Below are positions 26,470 through 35,482 of a DNA stretch of 64,000 bases, piece after piece. A program made the position numbers and the translations under genes. Each line of letters opens with the position of its first letter. Within the stretch, counting starts at the first letter, position 1. The notes beneath the pieces were generated by a model. It saw nothing but the letters and a program-made list of their open reading frames with translations, did no database searches and was not told where the DNA came from. The stretch is from Bacteroidales bacterium UBA1176 (lineage in GTDB: Bacteria; Bacteroidota; Bacteroidia; Bacteroidales; WCHB1-69): the NCBI GenBank assembly GCA_002311645.1, contig DBYW01000034.1, forward strand, positions 43,227-107,226, read 5' to 3'.

Positions 26470-26497
26470 AGAGAATTAAGAATTAAGAATTGAGAGA
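26467..26497 (+). repeat. Heptad repeat starting at the nagB stop codon: TGAagaG AATTAAG AATTAAG AATTGAG
   Basis: Stops at 26467 (TGA, genuine), 26477 (TAA), 26484 (TAA) and 26491 (TGA) fall in frames 0, +1, +2 and 0. A G8 run follows (26498-26505). Confidence 0.7.
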
Positions 26498-26514
26498 GGG
26501 GGGGGCTTCCGCCT

Positions 26515-26695
26515 GTCCCCGTTAGGGGACACATATCTGTAGAAAACGGGTGCCCACGCGTGTTTCGAAATCCCCGACAGGGGATTCATTGAGACAGTTT
26601 ATCATATTGTAACATATTGATATGCAACCTCCTTACGGGGTTGTGGCGGGTTGTACACATTCCTTGGCTACAGATATGGATCCCCTAACGGGGAC
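26515..26695. repeat. ~180-bp element with 28-bp terminal inverted repeats and four small GC hairpins (MITE-like element or structured RNA)
   Basis: Left end GTCCCCGTTAGGGGACACATATCTGTAG (26515-26542). The reverse complement of the right end (26668-26695) is GTCCCCGTTAGGGGATCCATATCTGTAG, matching at 26 of 28 positions. Internal palindromes are ATCCCCgacaGGGGAT (26570-26585) and CAACCtccttacGGGGTTG (about 26625-26643). It sits between the convergent nagB and SNF transporter genes. Confidence 0.55.
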
Positions 26696-26709
26696 GAGAA
26701 GATTCCACC

Positions 26710-28062
26710 CTACCCCACTATCCCTGTTATCAAAATGATAACCAAAGCGATCGGGGCTACATACCTTAACACGAAATAGTAGAGCTCAAAGGCGCGGGCC
26801 TTGATGGCACCGCCGTTGGAGAGCTCGTCTTTAACCTCAGCCTTGGGCATAAACCATCCCAGGAATATGGTGAGCATCAACGCACCGATGGGCATCAGGT
26901 AGGAGGCCGTTATCTTGTCAAAAAGCTCGAAAATGGTGCTGTCGAAAATGGTCATATTCTTGAGCGGGCCAAAGGAGAGTGTGCAGAAAGCGCCGATGAC
27001 GAAGACGACAATGCTGCAAACCAAAGAGGCGCGCCGGCGCGTCCAGTGCAGCTCCTCCACCGCGGCGGCCACCAATATCTCCAACAGAGAGATGGTGGAG
27101 GTGAGGGCGGCAATGCCAAGCAGCAGGAAGAAGACCACCGCGAACACCACGCCACCCGGCATACTGTTGAACACGTTGGGCAGCACAATATAAACCAGTT
27201 CGGGTCCGCTGGCCGGATCCATACTGAAAGCGAACACAGCGGGGAAGATGACGATGCCCGCCAAGATGGCCACCAGCGAGTCGCACACGGCAATCCAGAC
27301 GCTGGTGTTGAACAGCTTGTCCTCCTTGCGGATGTAAGAACCGTAGGTAATCATCGCGCCCATACCGATGCTCATGGAGAAGAACGACTGGCCGAGAGCG
27401 GAGAGGATGCAGCTGCCCGTGATTTTGCTGAAGTCGGGCTTGAAGAGGAACGAGAGACCCTCCTTGGCTCCGGCTCCGAGCGTGACAGAGCGCACGCACA
27501 TCAGCAATAACAGGATGAAAAGCACAGGCATCAGAATTTTGGAGACCTTCTCGATGCCCTTCTGCACACCCATCATCACCACCAAGCCGGTGAGGGCAAG
27601 GAAGAGGAACTGATTGCAGAGCGGCCAAAACGAGCCCTGCGTGAAGTCGGAGAAGATTTGCGTCACCCGGTCGGGGGTCTGTCCCGCCAACCGGCCTCCG
27701 GCCGCCAGCACAATATAGTTGAGGGTCCAGCCGGCCACCACGCTGTAGAAAGCGTAGATAAGGAAAGCGCAGACAATGCCAAAGATGCCAACGAGCATCC
27801 AGCCTTTGTGTTTGGGACTGAGCACCCGGAAAGCGCCGACAACATTGCGCTGGGCGCGACGCCCGATGATGAACTCACTCATCATCAACGGAATGCCTAT
27901 CAGCAGCACGAAGAAGACATATACCAGGAGAAAGGCGCCGCCGCCATTGCTGCCCAACATATAGGGGAAACGCCACACGTTGCCCAGACCGACAGCCCCG
28001 CCGGCCGCGGCTAATATGGCACCGATATTGGAGGTAAAGCCTCTGTTGTTGTTTGCTTCCAT
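26710..28062 (-). CDS. Sodium-dependent transporter, SNF (neurotransmitter:sodium symporter) family
   Basis: GGAVGLGNVWRFPY signature and a multi-pass membrane profile. Confidence 0.9.
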   Translation of the reverse strand: MEANNNRGFTSNIGAILAAAGGAVGLGNVWRFPYMLGSNGGGAFLLVYVFFVLLIGIPLMMSEFIIGRRAQRNVVGAFRVLSPKHKGWMLVGIFGIVCAFLIYAFYSVVAGWTLNYIVLAAGGRLAGQTPDRVTQIFSDFTQGSFWPLCNQFLFLALTGLVVMMGVQKGIEKVSKILMPVLFILLLLMCVRSVTLGAGAKEGLSFLFKPDFSKITGSCILSALGQSFFSMSIGMGAMITYGSYIRKEDKLFNTSVWIAVCDSLVAILAGIVIFPAVFAFSMDPASGPELVYIVLPNVFNSMPGGVVFAVVFFLLLGIAALTSTISLLEILVAAAVEELHWTRRRASLVCSIVVFVIGAFCTLSFGPLKNMTIFDSTIFELFDKITASYLMPIGALMLTIFLGWFMPKAEVKDELSNGGAIKARAFELYYFVLRYVAPIALVIILITGIVG

Positions 28063-28106
28063 TTTTCAAGATTATGTAATAATACGTTCTGTTATTCCTT
28101 CACTTC

Positions 28107-28904
28107 TCAGAACCGGCCTCCCGCACCGCCGCCGCCGAAGCCACCGCCTCCACCGAAGCCGCCAAAGCCACCTCCACCGAAGCTGCCACCACCGAAACTG
28201 CCTCCGGAACCGCTGATATTCCCGTACGGGAAGGGGTCGATGAAGATGGTGCTGCCGCTGCCGCCCGTGTAGTGGCCTTTGCTGTCACCGTTGCTGTTGG
28301 TCTTTTTCCCAATCAAATACAGCACAGCGACAATGATGATGATGGCGACAATCAATCCGAAGAGAGAGCCGTTATCGTGGTCATAAAGGCGGTCCTCGGA
28401 AATCTCACCCGCCGCGAGGGGCAGGATATAGGCCAATGCCGAGTCGATGGCCGCCTTGTAGCGGCCCTGGCTCAATTCGGGAATCATCTTTTTCTCGATG
28501 ATGCGCTTGGCCGTGGCATCGGTAATGACCGGCTCCAGGTCATAGCCCACAGAGATATAGACATCCCCGTCGCCCTTTCCTGTGGAAGGCTTGATGAGAA
28601 TGACCACACCGTTGCGCTTGTTTTGGGACCGCACGCCCCAACGCTCGCCGATTTCGTAGGCGAACTGCGCCGCGGTGTAATGACCGAGGTCGTTCACCGT
28701 GACCACGCAGATGACATTGGTGGTAGTGTCGTTGAAAGCCACCAAGCGCTGCTCCATCTCCGTCACCTCCGCGCGCGTCATCACCCCCGCAAAGTCGTTG
28801 ACCAAACGGGGCGGATTGGGCACGGGTGGGATCACATCGCTGCTTCGGGCCAAAACCACGAAACAGAAACACCCGAACAGAAAAGTTAGCGCCAGCTTTC
28901 TCAT
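28107..28904 (-). CDS. TPM-domain (YgcG-like) membrane protein with Gly-rich tail
   Basis: VNDFAGVMTRAEVTEMEQRLVAFNDTTTNVICVVTV, one TM helix, C-terminal GGSFGGGSFGGGGFGG. Lies downstream of LemA, the usual pairing. Confidence 0.85.
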   Translation of the reverse strand: MRKLALTFLFGCFCFVVLARSSDVIPPVPNPPRLVNDFAGVMTRAEVTEMEQRLVAFNDTTTNVICVVTVNDLGHYTAAQFAYEIGERWGVRSQNKRNGVVILIKPSTGKGDGDVYISVGYDLEPVITDATAKRIIEKKMIPELSQGRYKAAIDSALAYILPLAAGEISEDRLYDHDNGSLFGLIVAIIIIVAVLYLIGKKTNSNGDSKGHYTGGSGSTIFIDPFPYGNISGSGGSFGGGSFGGGGFGGFGGGGGFGGGGAGGRF

Positions 28905-28914
28905 CTACAATTTT

Positions 28915-29514
28915 TTAGTCAAAGTTAAACTCCACTTCCGGGGCCTTGTCAGCACCTTCAGCAGCTTTGAAATAGCCCTTCTTTTCGAAGTTGCAAACAC
29001 CGGCCACAATGTTGTTCGGGAACTTGCGGATGTAGGAGTTGTAGGCCTGCACCGTTTCGTTGTACTTGTTGCGTTCGGTCGAGATGCGGTTTTCGGTGCC
29101 CTCCAACTGCGCTTGCAGCTCAAGGAAGTTCTGGTTCGCCTTCAAGTCAGGATAGCGCTCGATGGTGACCAAGAGACGGCTCAAAGCAGAGCTGAGTTCG
29201 TCCTGAGCGGCCTGGAACTTGGCGATGGACTCTTCTGTGAGATTGGAGGGGTCCACCTGCACGGACGTGGCTTTGGCGCGGGCGTTGATGACGGCCTCCA
29301 AAGTCTTCTTCTCGAAATCGGCGGCACCCTGCACGGCCTTCACGAGATTGGGGATGAGGTCCATACGACGTTGGTAGGCATTCTCCACATTGGCCCAAGC
29401 CTGCGAGCAGGTCTCCTCTTTGTTGACCATATTGTTGTAAGGGCCGATGAATAAAGCAATCAAGGCGATCACGATAACGACCACCAAGATGAGTGTTTTT
29501 GATAATCCTTTCAT
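28915..29514 (-). CDS. LemA family protein
   Basis: N-terminal TM helix. AWANVENAYQRRMDLIPNLV and ERYPDLKANQNFLELQAQLEGTENRI. Confidence 0.9.
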   Translation of the reverse strand: MKGLSKTLILVVVIVIALIALFIGPYNNMVNKEETCSQAWANVENAYQRRMDLIPNLVKAVQGAADFEKKTLEAVINARAKATSVQVDPSNLTEESIAKFQAAQDELSSALSRLLVTIERYPDLKANQNFLELQAQLEGTENRISTERNKYNETVQAYNSYIRKFPNNIVAGVCNFEKKGYFKAAEGADKAPEVEFNFD

Positions 29515-30743
29515 TGTATTGAATTTTTAATGTGATTGAATATCTTATCGCAAGCGCCGATGTTGGCCTCCACATAGTGGCGGCAGATGGTGCAGGTTTT
29601 GTCATAAAAATCGGGTTCCCCGTCAAAACGACGTACAGTCCCCTCCATCTCGTCGGGTGTATGGATGGAAAAGGCACCTTTCTGCTGTACCAACTCAACG
29701 GCCTCATTGAATTTTTGGTACTTGGGGCCGAAAAAGAGGGGCACGCCGAAGACGGCTGCCTCGAGGATGTTGTGGAGGCCCGTCTTGAAAGCCCCGCCGA
29801 TGTAGGAGAGGGTGCTGTATTTATAGACTTTGCTGAGCACACCGATGGTGTCGAGCACCAGCACATCGTATTCTGCCAGGTTCTTGCCCTCCATCTCACT
29901 GTATTTCACTACTTTGAAAGCGTTGAAAAACCTCAACGTCTCCTCGGTGCGCTGCAACTCGTGGGGGGCCACAATCATCTTGTACCCTTGCAGATGGGAG
30001 AACACGGTGGCCAGCATCTGCTCGTCGGGGGCCCAGGTGCTGCCGGCCACGATGAGCCTGTTGTCGCCACGGAAGGCCTCCACAAAGTCGAGGCTGTAGG
30101 GTTGGCTGGCGATAGCATATACGCGGTCGAAACGGGTGTCGCCACAGACCGTGCACTGCGGTATGCCGATGCTTTTGAGCAGCTGCGCGGACTCTTCGTT
30201 TTGTACAAAAAAACCGGAAGACCGGCGAAGATGAGCCGCAAACCAGTTCCCGACAGGCTTGAAAATATACTGCGAAGAGCGAAAGATGGCACAGATATGG
30301 TAAAAGGGGATATTGCGGAGACTCAGTTCCTGCAGATAGTTGTACCAATATTCATATTTAACAAAAACGGCCATCTGGGGATTGACGATGTTAAGGAATC
30401 TTCGCACATTGCGGGGAAAATCCATCGGCAGATAAAAGACATAGTCGGGAAGTGTGTCGTTTTTGCGGATTTCGTAGCCCGACGGGGAAAAGAAAGTTGC
30501 TAATATTTTAGTGTCAGGATTTTCTTTTTTGATGCGTTCGATGATAGGGCGAGCTTGTTCGTACTCGCCAAGGGAGGCGCTATGGATCCACACCGGGCGC
30601 GGCTGCCCCGCGAAGGCGCAAGACAATTTGTCGAACTCCCCACGGCGTCCTTTCTGCCACAGCGCGGCCTTTGCATTGAAAGGTGCAGCAATGGCGATGC
30701 CCAGACGGAGAAAGAAAATGCCGATGGTGTAGAACAGACGCAT
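29511..30743 (-). CDS. waaA: 3-deoxy-D-manno-octulosonic acid (Kdo) transferase
   Basis: VWIHSASLGEYEQARPIIERIK, ~410 aa, a C-terminal GT-B-like half, and a 4-nt overlap with lemA. Confidence 0.88.
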   Translation of the reverse strand: MRLFYTIGIFFLRLGIAIAAPFNAKAALWQKGRRGEFDKLSCAFAGQPRPVWIHSASLGEYEQARPIIERIKKENPDTKILATFFSPSGYEIRKNDTLPDYVFYLPMDFPRNVRRFLNIVNPQMAVFVKYEYWYNYLQELSLRNIPFYHICAIFRSSQYIFKPVGNWFAAHLRRSSGFFVQNEESAQLLKSIGIPQCTVCGDTRFDRVYAIASQPYSLDFVEAFRGDNRLIVAGSTWAPDEQMLATVFSHLQGYKMIVAPHELQRTEETLRFFNAFKVVKYSEMEGKNLAEYDVLVLDTIGVLSKVYKYSTLSYIGGAFKTGLHNILEAAVFGVPLFFGPKYQKFNEAVELVQQKGAFSIHTPDEMEGTVRRFDGEPDFYDKTCTICRHYVEANIGACDKIFNHIKNSIQ

Positions 30744-30746
30744 ATA

Positions 30747-31544
30747 TTATCGATAGTAGAAAGTGGTCACAGACTTTTTCTCATAAAGCGGGATGTTCCA
30801 GCCAATCTTGATGCCGGCGAGTCCACTAAACTTGTATTTCATGTTGGCGGTCGGTCCTTCGGGAAAGACATAGTTTCGGTTGGGTTTGCTCCAGATCTCA
30901 TAGAACTCAAAGCCGCCGAAGAAGTTAAGCAGCCTGTTTTTCTGGATGAAGAGGTAACCGATGAACTGGTTCATGGCAAAGCCGGCAGAGCGGTGGTCGT
31001 AGAGTTTCTTGTAGTCGTCGAGGAGTTGCGGCACTTGGTTGTCGTAGTCGTTAATGCGGATTTTATGGCCAAAATAGCCAGCACCAAAGCGGAGCCAGAT
31101 ACCGGAGTTTTTCCAGCGGTTCACGGGGATGACCTTGCCGAAACTCGGGCCCACATACCAGTAACGGCCCTCGAAATAGAGCTGCGACTCAAGGCCATTG
31201 CCATCGATGATGATATGCTCACCGCCCACCTCTCGCACCATGTCGCCCAAAAAAGAAGCGGTGGCATCACGCAAGTTGGCGCCAAACATGTAGCTGAAGC
31301 TCAGGTCAAAGGTCCAGTTTTTCTGGGTTTTGACGGTAAAATTGGCACCAAGGGCGAGGTTGGCCTTGAAAGTCTTGTGCAGGTCTCCCATGGGGAGCTG
31401 TCCCGACATGCTGGGACCAAGCCAAATCATCGTGGCGGCGGTATCCACATAGTCCTTGCTGGAAAAGTCAGTGCGGTACGACTGTCCCATAAGAGAAGGG
31501 ACGCACAGACAACACACCAGCAAAATTGCAATTATTTTTTTCAT
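30747..31544 (-). CDS. Predicted outer-membrane beta-barrel protein, unknown function
   Basis: ORF 30747..31604 with the start moved to MKKIIAILLVCCLCVPSLMGQ. Alternating-hydrophobic strands and a C-terminal aromatic-rich end (TTFYYR). Confidence 0.55.
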   Translation of the reverse strand: MKKIIAILLVCCLCVPSLMGQSYRTDFSSKDYVDTAATMIWLGPSMSGQLPMGDLHKTFKANLALGANFTVKTQKNWTFDLSFSYMFGANLRDATASFLGDMVREVGGEHIIIDGNGLESQLYFEGRYWYVGPSFGKVIPVNRWKNSGIWLRFGAGYFGHKIRINDYDNQVPQLLDDYKKLYDHRSAGFAMNQFIGYLFIQKNRLLNFFGGFEFYEIWSKPNRNYVFPEGPTANMKYKFSGLAGIKIGWNIPLYEKKSVTTFYYR

Positions 31545-31608
31545 TATAGCAAATTCAAAATACAAGGTGGCAAAAATACGAAAAAAAGCCGTTAGTATAA
31601 CCAACCCA

Positions 31609-33075
31609 TCACCTCGTGGGGTAGTACTCGTATGCCCCGAGATCAGGAGTCCCGTTGCGCGCGCGTCCCTTCAGGTCAGTGAGAATGCCCAGGTTGGTGA
31701 GACCCGCGTCAATGGCCGGGGAGTTCTCCTGCAAGTTGCAGTCCTGACCATAGTTGCTGACAAACTTGGGGTCACGGTCCCAGCAGTTGACAAAGGAAGC
31801 ATCCATTTCATCGCGCCGGACGATGGAGTTGCGGAACACATAGCTCAAAGCGGCATCATTGGACTTGGAATATGCAAACTCGTTTCCGTCGCGGTTGCCG
31901 TAGATGATGGAGTTGTTGCACTCCAAGTTGACGTCGCCAATCATATAGATGCTCCCATACTCGCCTGCGGCATTGATGGTGGGCACCTCATAATAGTTGG
32001 CGAGCAACACGGCAGGGGTCTTACGCGCCGGCATGGAGAAGAAATTCGACACCGTGACATGGTTCAGCTTGTAGTTGCCCACGTGCATCGCTATACTGTA
32101 TTGCCCGTTGTTACTCACCTGACAGTTGTTCATCTCCAAGTTGGCCGCGTGACCCAGCACTCCATACATTTTGTTGTTTTGGATAATCGTGTTGTTCACC
32201 ACCGTCTTGTTGCCGAGGAACTCCTCCAAGATGTCAATCTCCAAACCGATGGCGGCGTGCGAGATGATGGCATTCTCAATAAGGTTGTCCTCCGTGCCCT
32301 CGTTGATGAGGATACGGTCCCATTGGGCATAGTCGGCATCGAAGAACGACTCCAGGTGGTCGCCGCGGATGGTGACAGGTTGGTCAACAGTGCCATTGAC
32401 GTGGATGGAACCGTAGCGATAGACCCAGATGCCGCCGCCATGCACATAGACACGCGTGCCCGGGTCGATGATGAGCTTGCCCAACGAATCGACTGCCGCC
32501 CAACCATAAATGACCCACGGCTTGTCGTTGGTCCAATGCACCACCTCATGCTCGTGCGCCACGATTTTGTAGGGCATTGAGCCACCATGGTCGGCCACGA
32601 TGAAATGGGCATCCTGCCCGAAAGCCACCAACTGCACCGACTGTCTGCGGTTGGTGTTGAAGAAAACCACCGAGTCGGTAATCAAATACGGGGTGTTCTG
32701 GTTTGTCGGGTTGATGTTGACCTTTACAAACACAAAAATGCTGTCACGACCAGGGATCTCCACGTCGTGAAACTCTGTACCCGCCCGTCCGTTGACATTG
32801 ATGCTGTAATATGAATTCCCCGCACCCGATGCGCCCGCAAGGAAAATGTCCAATTTGACAGGATCCTTGCCTGGATTTTTCACAGTAAAGTGACGCGTGA
32901 TAGAGGTGACCGTGGTGAAAACGGTGTCAAACATCAGTGTGTCAGTGGAAAACTCCAGCTTGATGGAGTCGTCGTAGCCGTGGCGGTTGCAGCTAGGCAA
33001 CAACAGCGTGGCGGCAAGCATCAGCATGACTGCCATGCTGAAAAAAGAGAGATTTCTTACAATATTTTTACTCAT
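31609..33075 (-). CDS. Lipoprotein with right-handed parallel beta-helix repeats
   Basis: Lipobox LLLPSC. Repeated N-N/I-I turns (VVNNTIIQNN, MNNCQVSNN, CNNSIIYGN). The C-terminal NSPAIDAG...DLGAYEY is typical of beta-helix or choice-of-anchor-type proteins. Confidence 0.65.
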   Translation of the reverse strand: MSKNIVRNLSFFSMAVMLMLAATLLLPSCNRHGYDDSIKLEFSTDTLMFDTVFTTVTSITRHFTVKNPGKDPVKLDIFLAGASGAGNSYYSINVNGRAGTEFHDVEIPGRDSIFVFVKVNINPTNQNTPYLITDSVVFFNTNRRQSVQLVAFGQDAHFIVADHGGSMPYKIVAHEHEVVHWTNDKPWVIYGWAAVDSLGKLIIDPGTRVYVHGGGIWVYRYGSIHVNGTVDQPVTIRGDHLESFFDADYAQWDRILINEGTEDNLIENAIISHAAIGLEIDILEEFLGNKTVVNNTIIQNNKMYGVLGHAANLEMNNCQVSNNGQYSIAMHVGNYKLNHVTVSNFFSMPARKTPAVLLANYYEVPTINAAGEYGSIYMIGDVNLECNNSIIYGNRDGNEFAYSKSNDAALSYVFRNSIVRRDEMDASFVNCWDRDPKFVSNYGQDCNLQENSPAIDAGLTNLGILTDLKGRARNGTPDLGAYEYYPTR

Positions 33076-33832
33076 CTATCTTAATATCAGGCCAATTATA
33101 ACGAACATTTGTCAAAAAAAGTGCGCAGGCAGGGACTGACGTGCCAGCCTTGCATCTATCCTTTTGATTGATAATATTTTGAAAATCCTCAACGCTGACT
33201 TTTCCAAACCCCACGTCGAGAAGGGTACCCACGATAGCACGCACCATGTTGCGCAAAAAGCGGTTGGCCGAAATGGTAAACACAAGGTCATCACCCGCGC
33301 GCGTCCACTCGGCATGCGTCACATCGCACAGGAAATTATTGACTTGGGTGTGGACTTTGGAAAAGCTGGTGAAATCTTCCGTGGCAAGGAGCAGTTTCGC
33401 GGCCTCGTTCATCCGCCCGATGTCGGGCATACGGAAGCTGTAGAAACGCTGGTGGAAAGTGAAGGGATTTTTGCGTACTGCAACGAAATATTGGTAAGTG
33501 CGTTCCACCGCGTCGAAGCGGGCGTGTGCGCGCGGATGCACGGGAAAGATGTCGAAGATGGCAATCTCCTTGGGCAAGAAACTGTTGAGTTGGTCACGCA
33601 GCCGGCAACATTCATCGCTTGTCAGTGTCTCCTCAAGGTCGATGTGCGCATAATAGTCGGAGGCGTGCACACCCGTGTCGGTACGGCCGCACCCTGTGAC
33701 ATCAACGTGCTCCTTGTGCAGCAACATCGACAGACACCGCTCCATCGTTTCCTGCACAGTGGGGTGGTCAGGCTGGACCTGCCAGCCAAAAAAAGATGCC
33801 CCATTATATGCCAAATGCAGGAAATAACGCAT
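33068..33832 (-). CDS. truA: tRNA pseudouridine(38-40) synthase
   Basis: LAYNGASFFGWQVQP and the catalytic motif GCGRTDTGVHA. Confidence 0.92.
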   Translation of the reverse strand: MRYFLHLAYNGASFFGWQVQPDHPTVQETMERCLSMLLHKEHVDVTGCGRTDTGVHASDYYAHIDLEETLTSDECCRLRDQLNSFLPKEIAIFDIFPVHPRAHARFDAVERTYQYFVAVRKNPFTFHQRFYSFRMPDIGRMNEAAKLLLATEDFTSFSKVHTQVNNFLCDVTHAEWTRAGDDLVFTISANRFLRNMVRAIVGTLLDVGFGKVSVEDFQNIINQKDRCKAGTSVPACALFLTNVRYNWPDIKIDE

Positions 33833-33840
33833 GTTTTCAG

Positions 33841-34509
33841 CTATAATTTGAGATTAAAAGAACTAATGTTGAAATAGAGTTTTTTGAGTCCGTAATCGTT
33901 CTCATCCACCTCCAGCACATCAAACGGCTCTCCTTTGAAAGATTCAAGACTTTGGCTTCCAGGTGACAGGTCGAAGAGCGAGAGCAGAAAATACTCGTGT
34001 TCCACCTCGTTCACATAAAAAGCAGTGGCAGGGGTTTTCCCATTGCCGGACTCGATGATGGCGAGGGCAAAATTACGCTGCATGTGCGCATACTTGTTGG
34101 CCAATTCCGTGCTGTCAAGTTGCTCGCAGCAATAGAATATGACCCGAAAAGCACTGACCTTGAAAGGGTTCTTTTCCAATACCTCTTGAGCCATCCCGAT
34201 GAGCTTGCGACAGTCGTCGTCACCCAAGGACGGCACAGAGTGCAAATACTTCTTCATGTCCACATCCGACACGTCGTAAGGATTGTACTCGTTCTGGCAG
34301 GTATATCCATAATAAAGATAGTGCTGCTCCTTCTTGGTGAACGTGGAGTCGCCGTTCTTGTATCGTTCCAGAAGCTTGGGGTAGTAGTATTCTGACTTCG
34401 GATTGGTGACGGCTTTCCGAATGGCCTTGTAATCAGGTCGGGTGAACTGTCCGACAGCTGGAAGCATCCAAAGAATCAAAGCCGACAGTATGAGAATGTT
34501 TCTTTTCAT
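33841..34509 (-). CDS. Secreted hypothetical protein (DUF4919-like, from memory)
   Basis: Signal peptide MKRNILILSALILWMLPAVGQ. No catalytic motif recognised. Confidence 0.55.
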   Translation of the reverse strand: MKRNILILSALILWMLPAVGQFTRPDYKAIRKAVTNPKSEYYYPKLLERYKNGDSTFTKKEQHYLYYGYTCQNEYNPYDVSDVDMKKYLHSVPSLGDDDCRKLIGMAQEVLEKNPFKVSAFRVIFYCCEQLDSTELANKYAHMQRNFALAIIESGNGKTPATAFYVNEVEHEYFLLSLFDLSPGSQSLESFKGEPFDVLEVDENDYGLKKLYFNISSFNLKL

Positions 34510-34546
34510 AACCTATTGTCTATCGTTTATTCCAATAATGGACTCC

Positions 34547-35419
34547 CTACTCCCTGTTCACCTCTTTGTATTTTATCCCGAGTATATCCTGTTCCAATGC
34601 AGTCTTGTCAATAATCTTCTTCAGCATGACATCGAGTTCGCCGCCTTCGCTGTAGTTGGTGGGCGCGATATAGTCGGCGCGGTTTTGACGGATGAGGTCG
34701 AGGCATATCTCCTTGGAGGATTTGGGTCGGTGCGGAGTGGCCACAGAGTCGGGATTGTACACCGCAATGGTGGTGCCACCGTAGAGGTTGACCATCTTCA
34801 TGGCTGGCACGTCGGTTTCTCCGTCGCCGATGTAGATGAGGTTGGAGAAGGGCACGGCGCGGTCGTCTTCGGCCATCGACTTGTTAATCTTCGAGTTGTC
34901 GTATGAATTGTAGATGCCCTTGTTGATACGGAAGAGAAATTGAGTTTTATTGGTATAGTTAACGGCGAGGGCGGGCCAGCAGGCATTGCCGTTGTCGTCA
35001 TATTGGAATCCAGAGGCGAAAATAGTGCGGAAATGCTTGGCAATGGCGGAGCCTTTCACAAATTCTCGCAGGCCGGAGGAGATGATGAAGTGTTCGAGAT
35101 GCATGCCTTGCCGGGCGGCATATTGGTTGATGCGCTCGAAATAGCTTTCCACGCCCTCGAAGAAGGTGATACGCGAACCATACTGCATAAAGGTCTCCTC
35201 ACGCAAGGAGATGTTCTTTTCCTTGGCCTTGATGAGCATGAGATGCATGTAGGCGAGCACCTCATCCATGTCGTGCTTTTTAGCAAGGGCGTTAGCTTCC
35301 GACCAGAACTCTCCCTTGTCCATGTGAAGGTCGGGGATGAAGTTGTGCTCCTGCATGTTGCCGGGCGCAAGGGTGCCATCGAAGTCGTAGGCGATGGCCA
35401 TGTTTCTGTTTTCTGTCAT
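34547..35419 (-). CDS. HAD-superfamily hydrolase
   Basis: Motif I AYDFDGTL and motif IV YIGDGETDVPAM. Confidence 0.8.
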   Translation of the reverse strand: MTENRNMAIAYDFDGTLAPGNMQEHNFIPDLHMDKGEFWSEANALAKKHDMDEVLAYMHLMLIKAKEKNISLREETFMQYGSRITFFEGVESYFERINQYAARQGMHLEHFIISSGLREFVKGSAIAKHFRTIFASGFQYDDNGNACWPALAVNYTNKTQFLFRINKGIYNSYDNSKINKSMAEDDRAVPFSNLIYIGDGETDVPAMKMVNLYGGTTIAVYNPDSVATPHRPKSSKEICLDLIRQNRADYIAPTNYSEGGELDVMLKKIIDKTALEQDILGIKYKEVNRE

Positions 35420-35434
35420 AATATTGTCATAAAG

Positions 35435-35459
35435 CGGGGCGGGTTGGAAGCCCGCCCCG
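35435..35459 (-). terminator. GC-rich hairpin downstream of the 607-aa lipoprotein gene
   Basis: CGGGGCGGGttggaagCCCGCCCCG. On the minus strand it is followed by CTTTAT, with only a weak U-tract. Confidence 0.5.
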
Positions 35460-35482
35460 TGTGTTTGGATCGCTGATGCAGA

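Noticed and set aside
28107-28200. GC-rich GGN-repeat DNA at the end of the TPM-domain gene
   Set aside because: It simply encodes the Gly-rich C-terminal tail (GGSFGGGGFGG) that is usual for YgcG/TPM proteins. It is not an independent repeat element.
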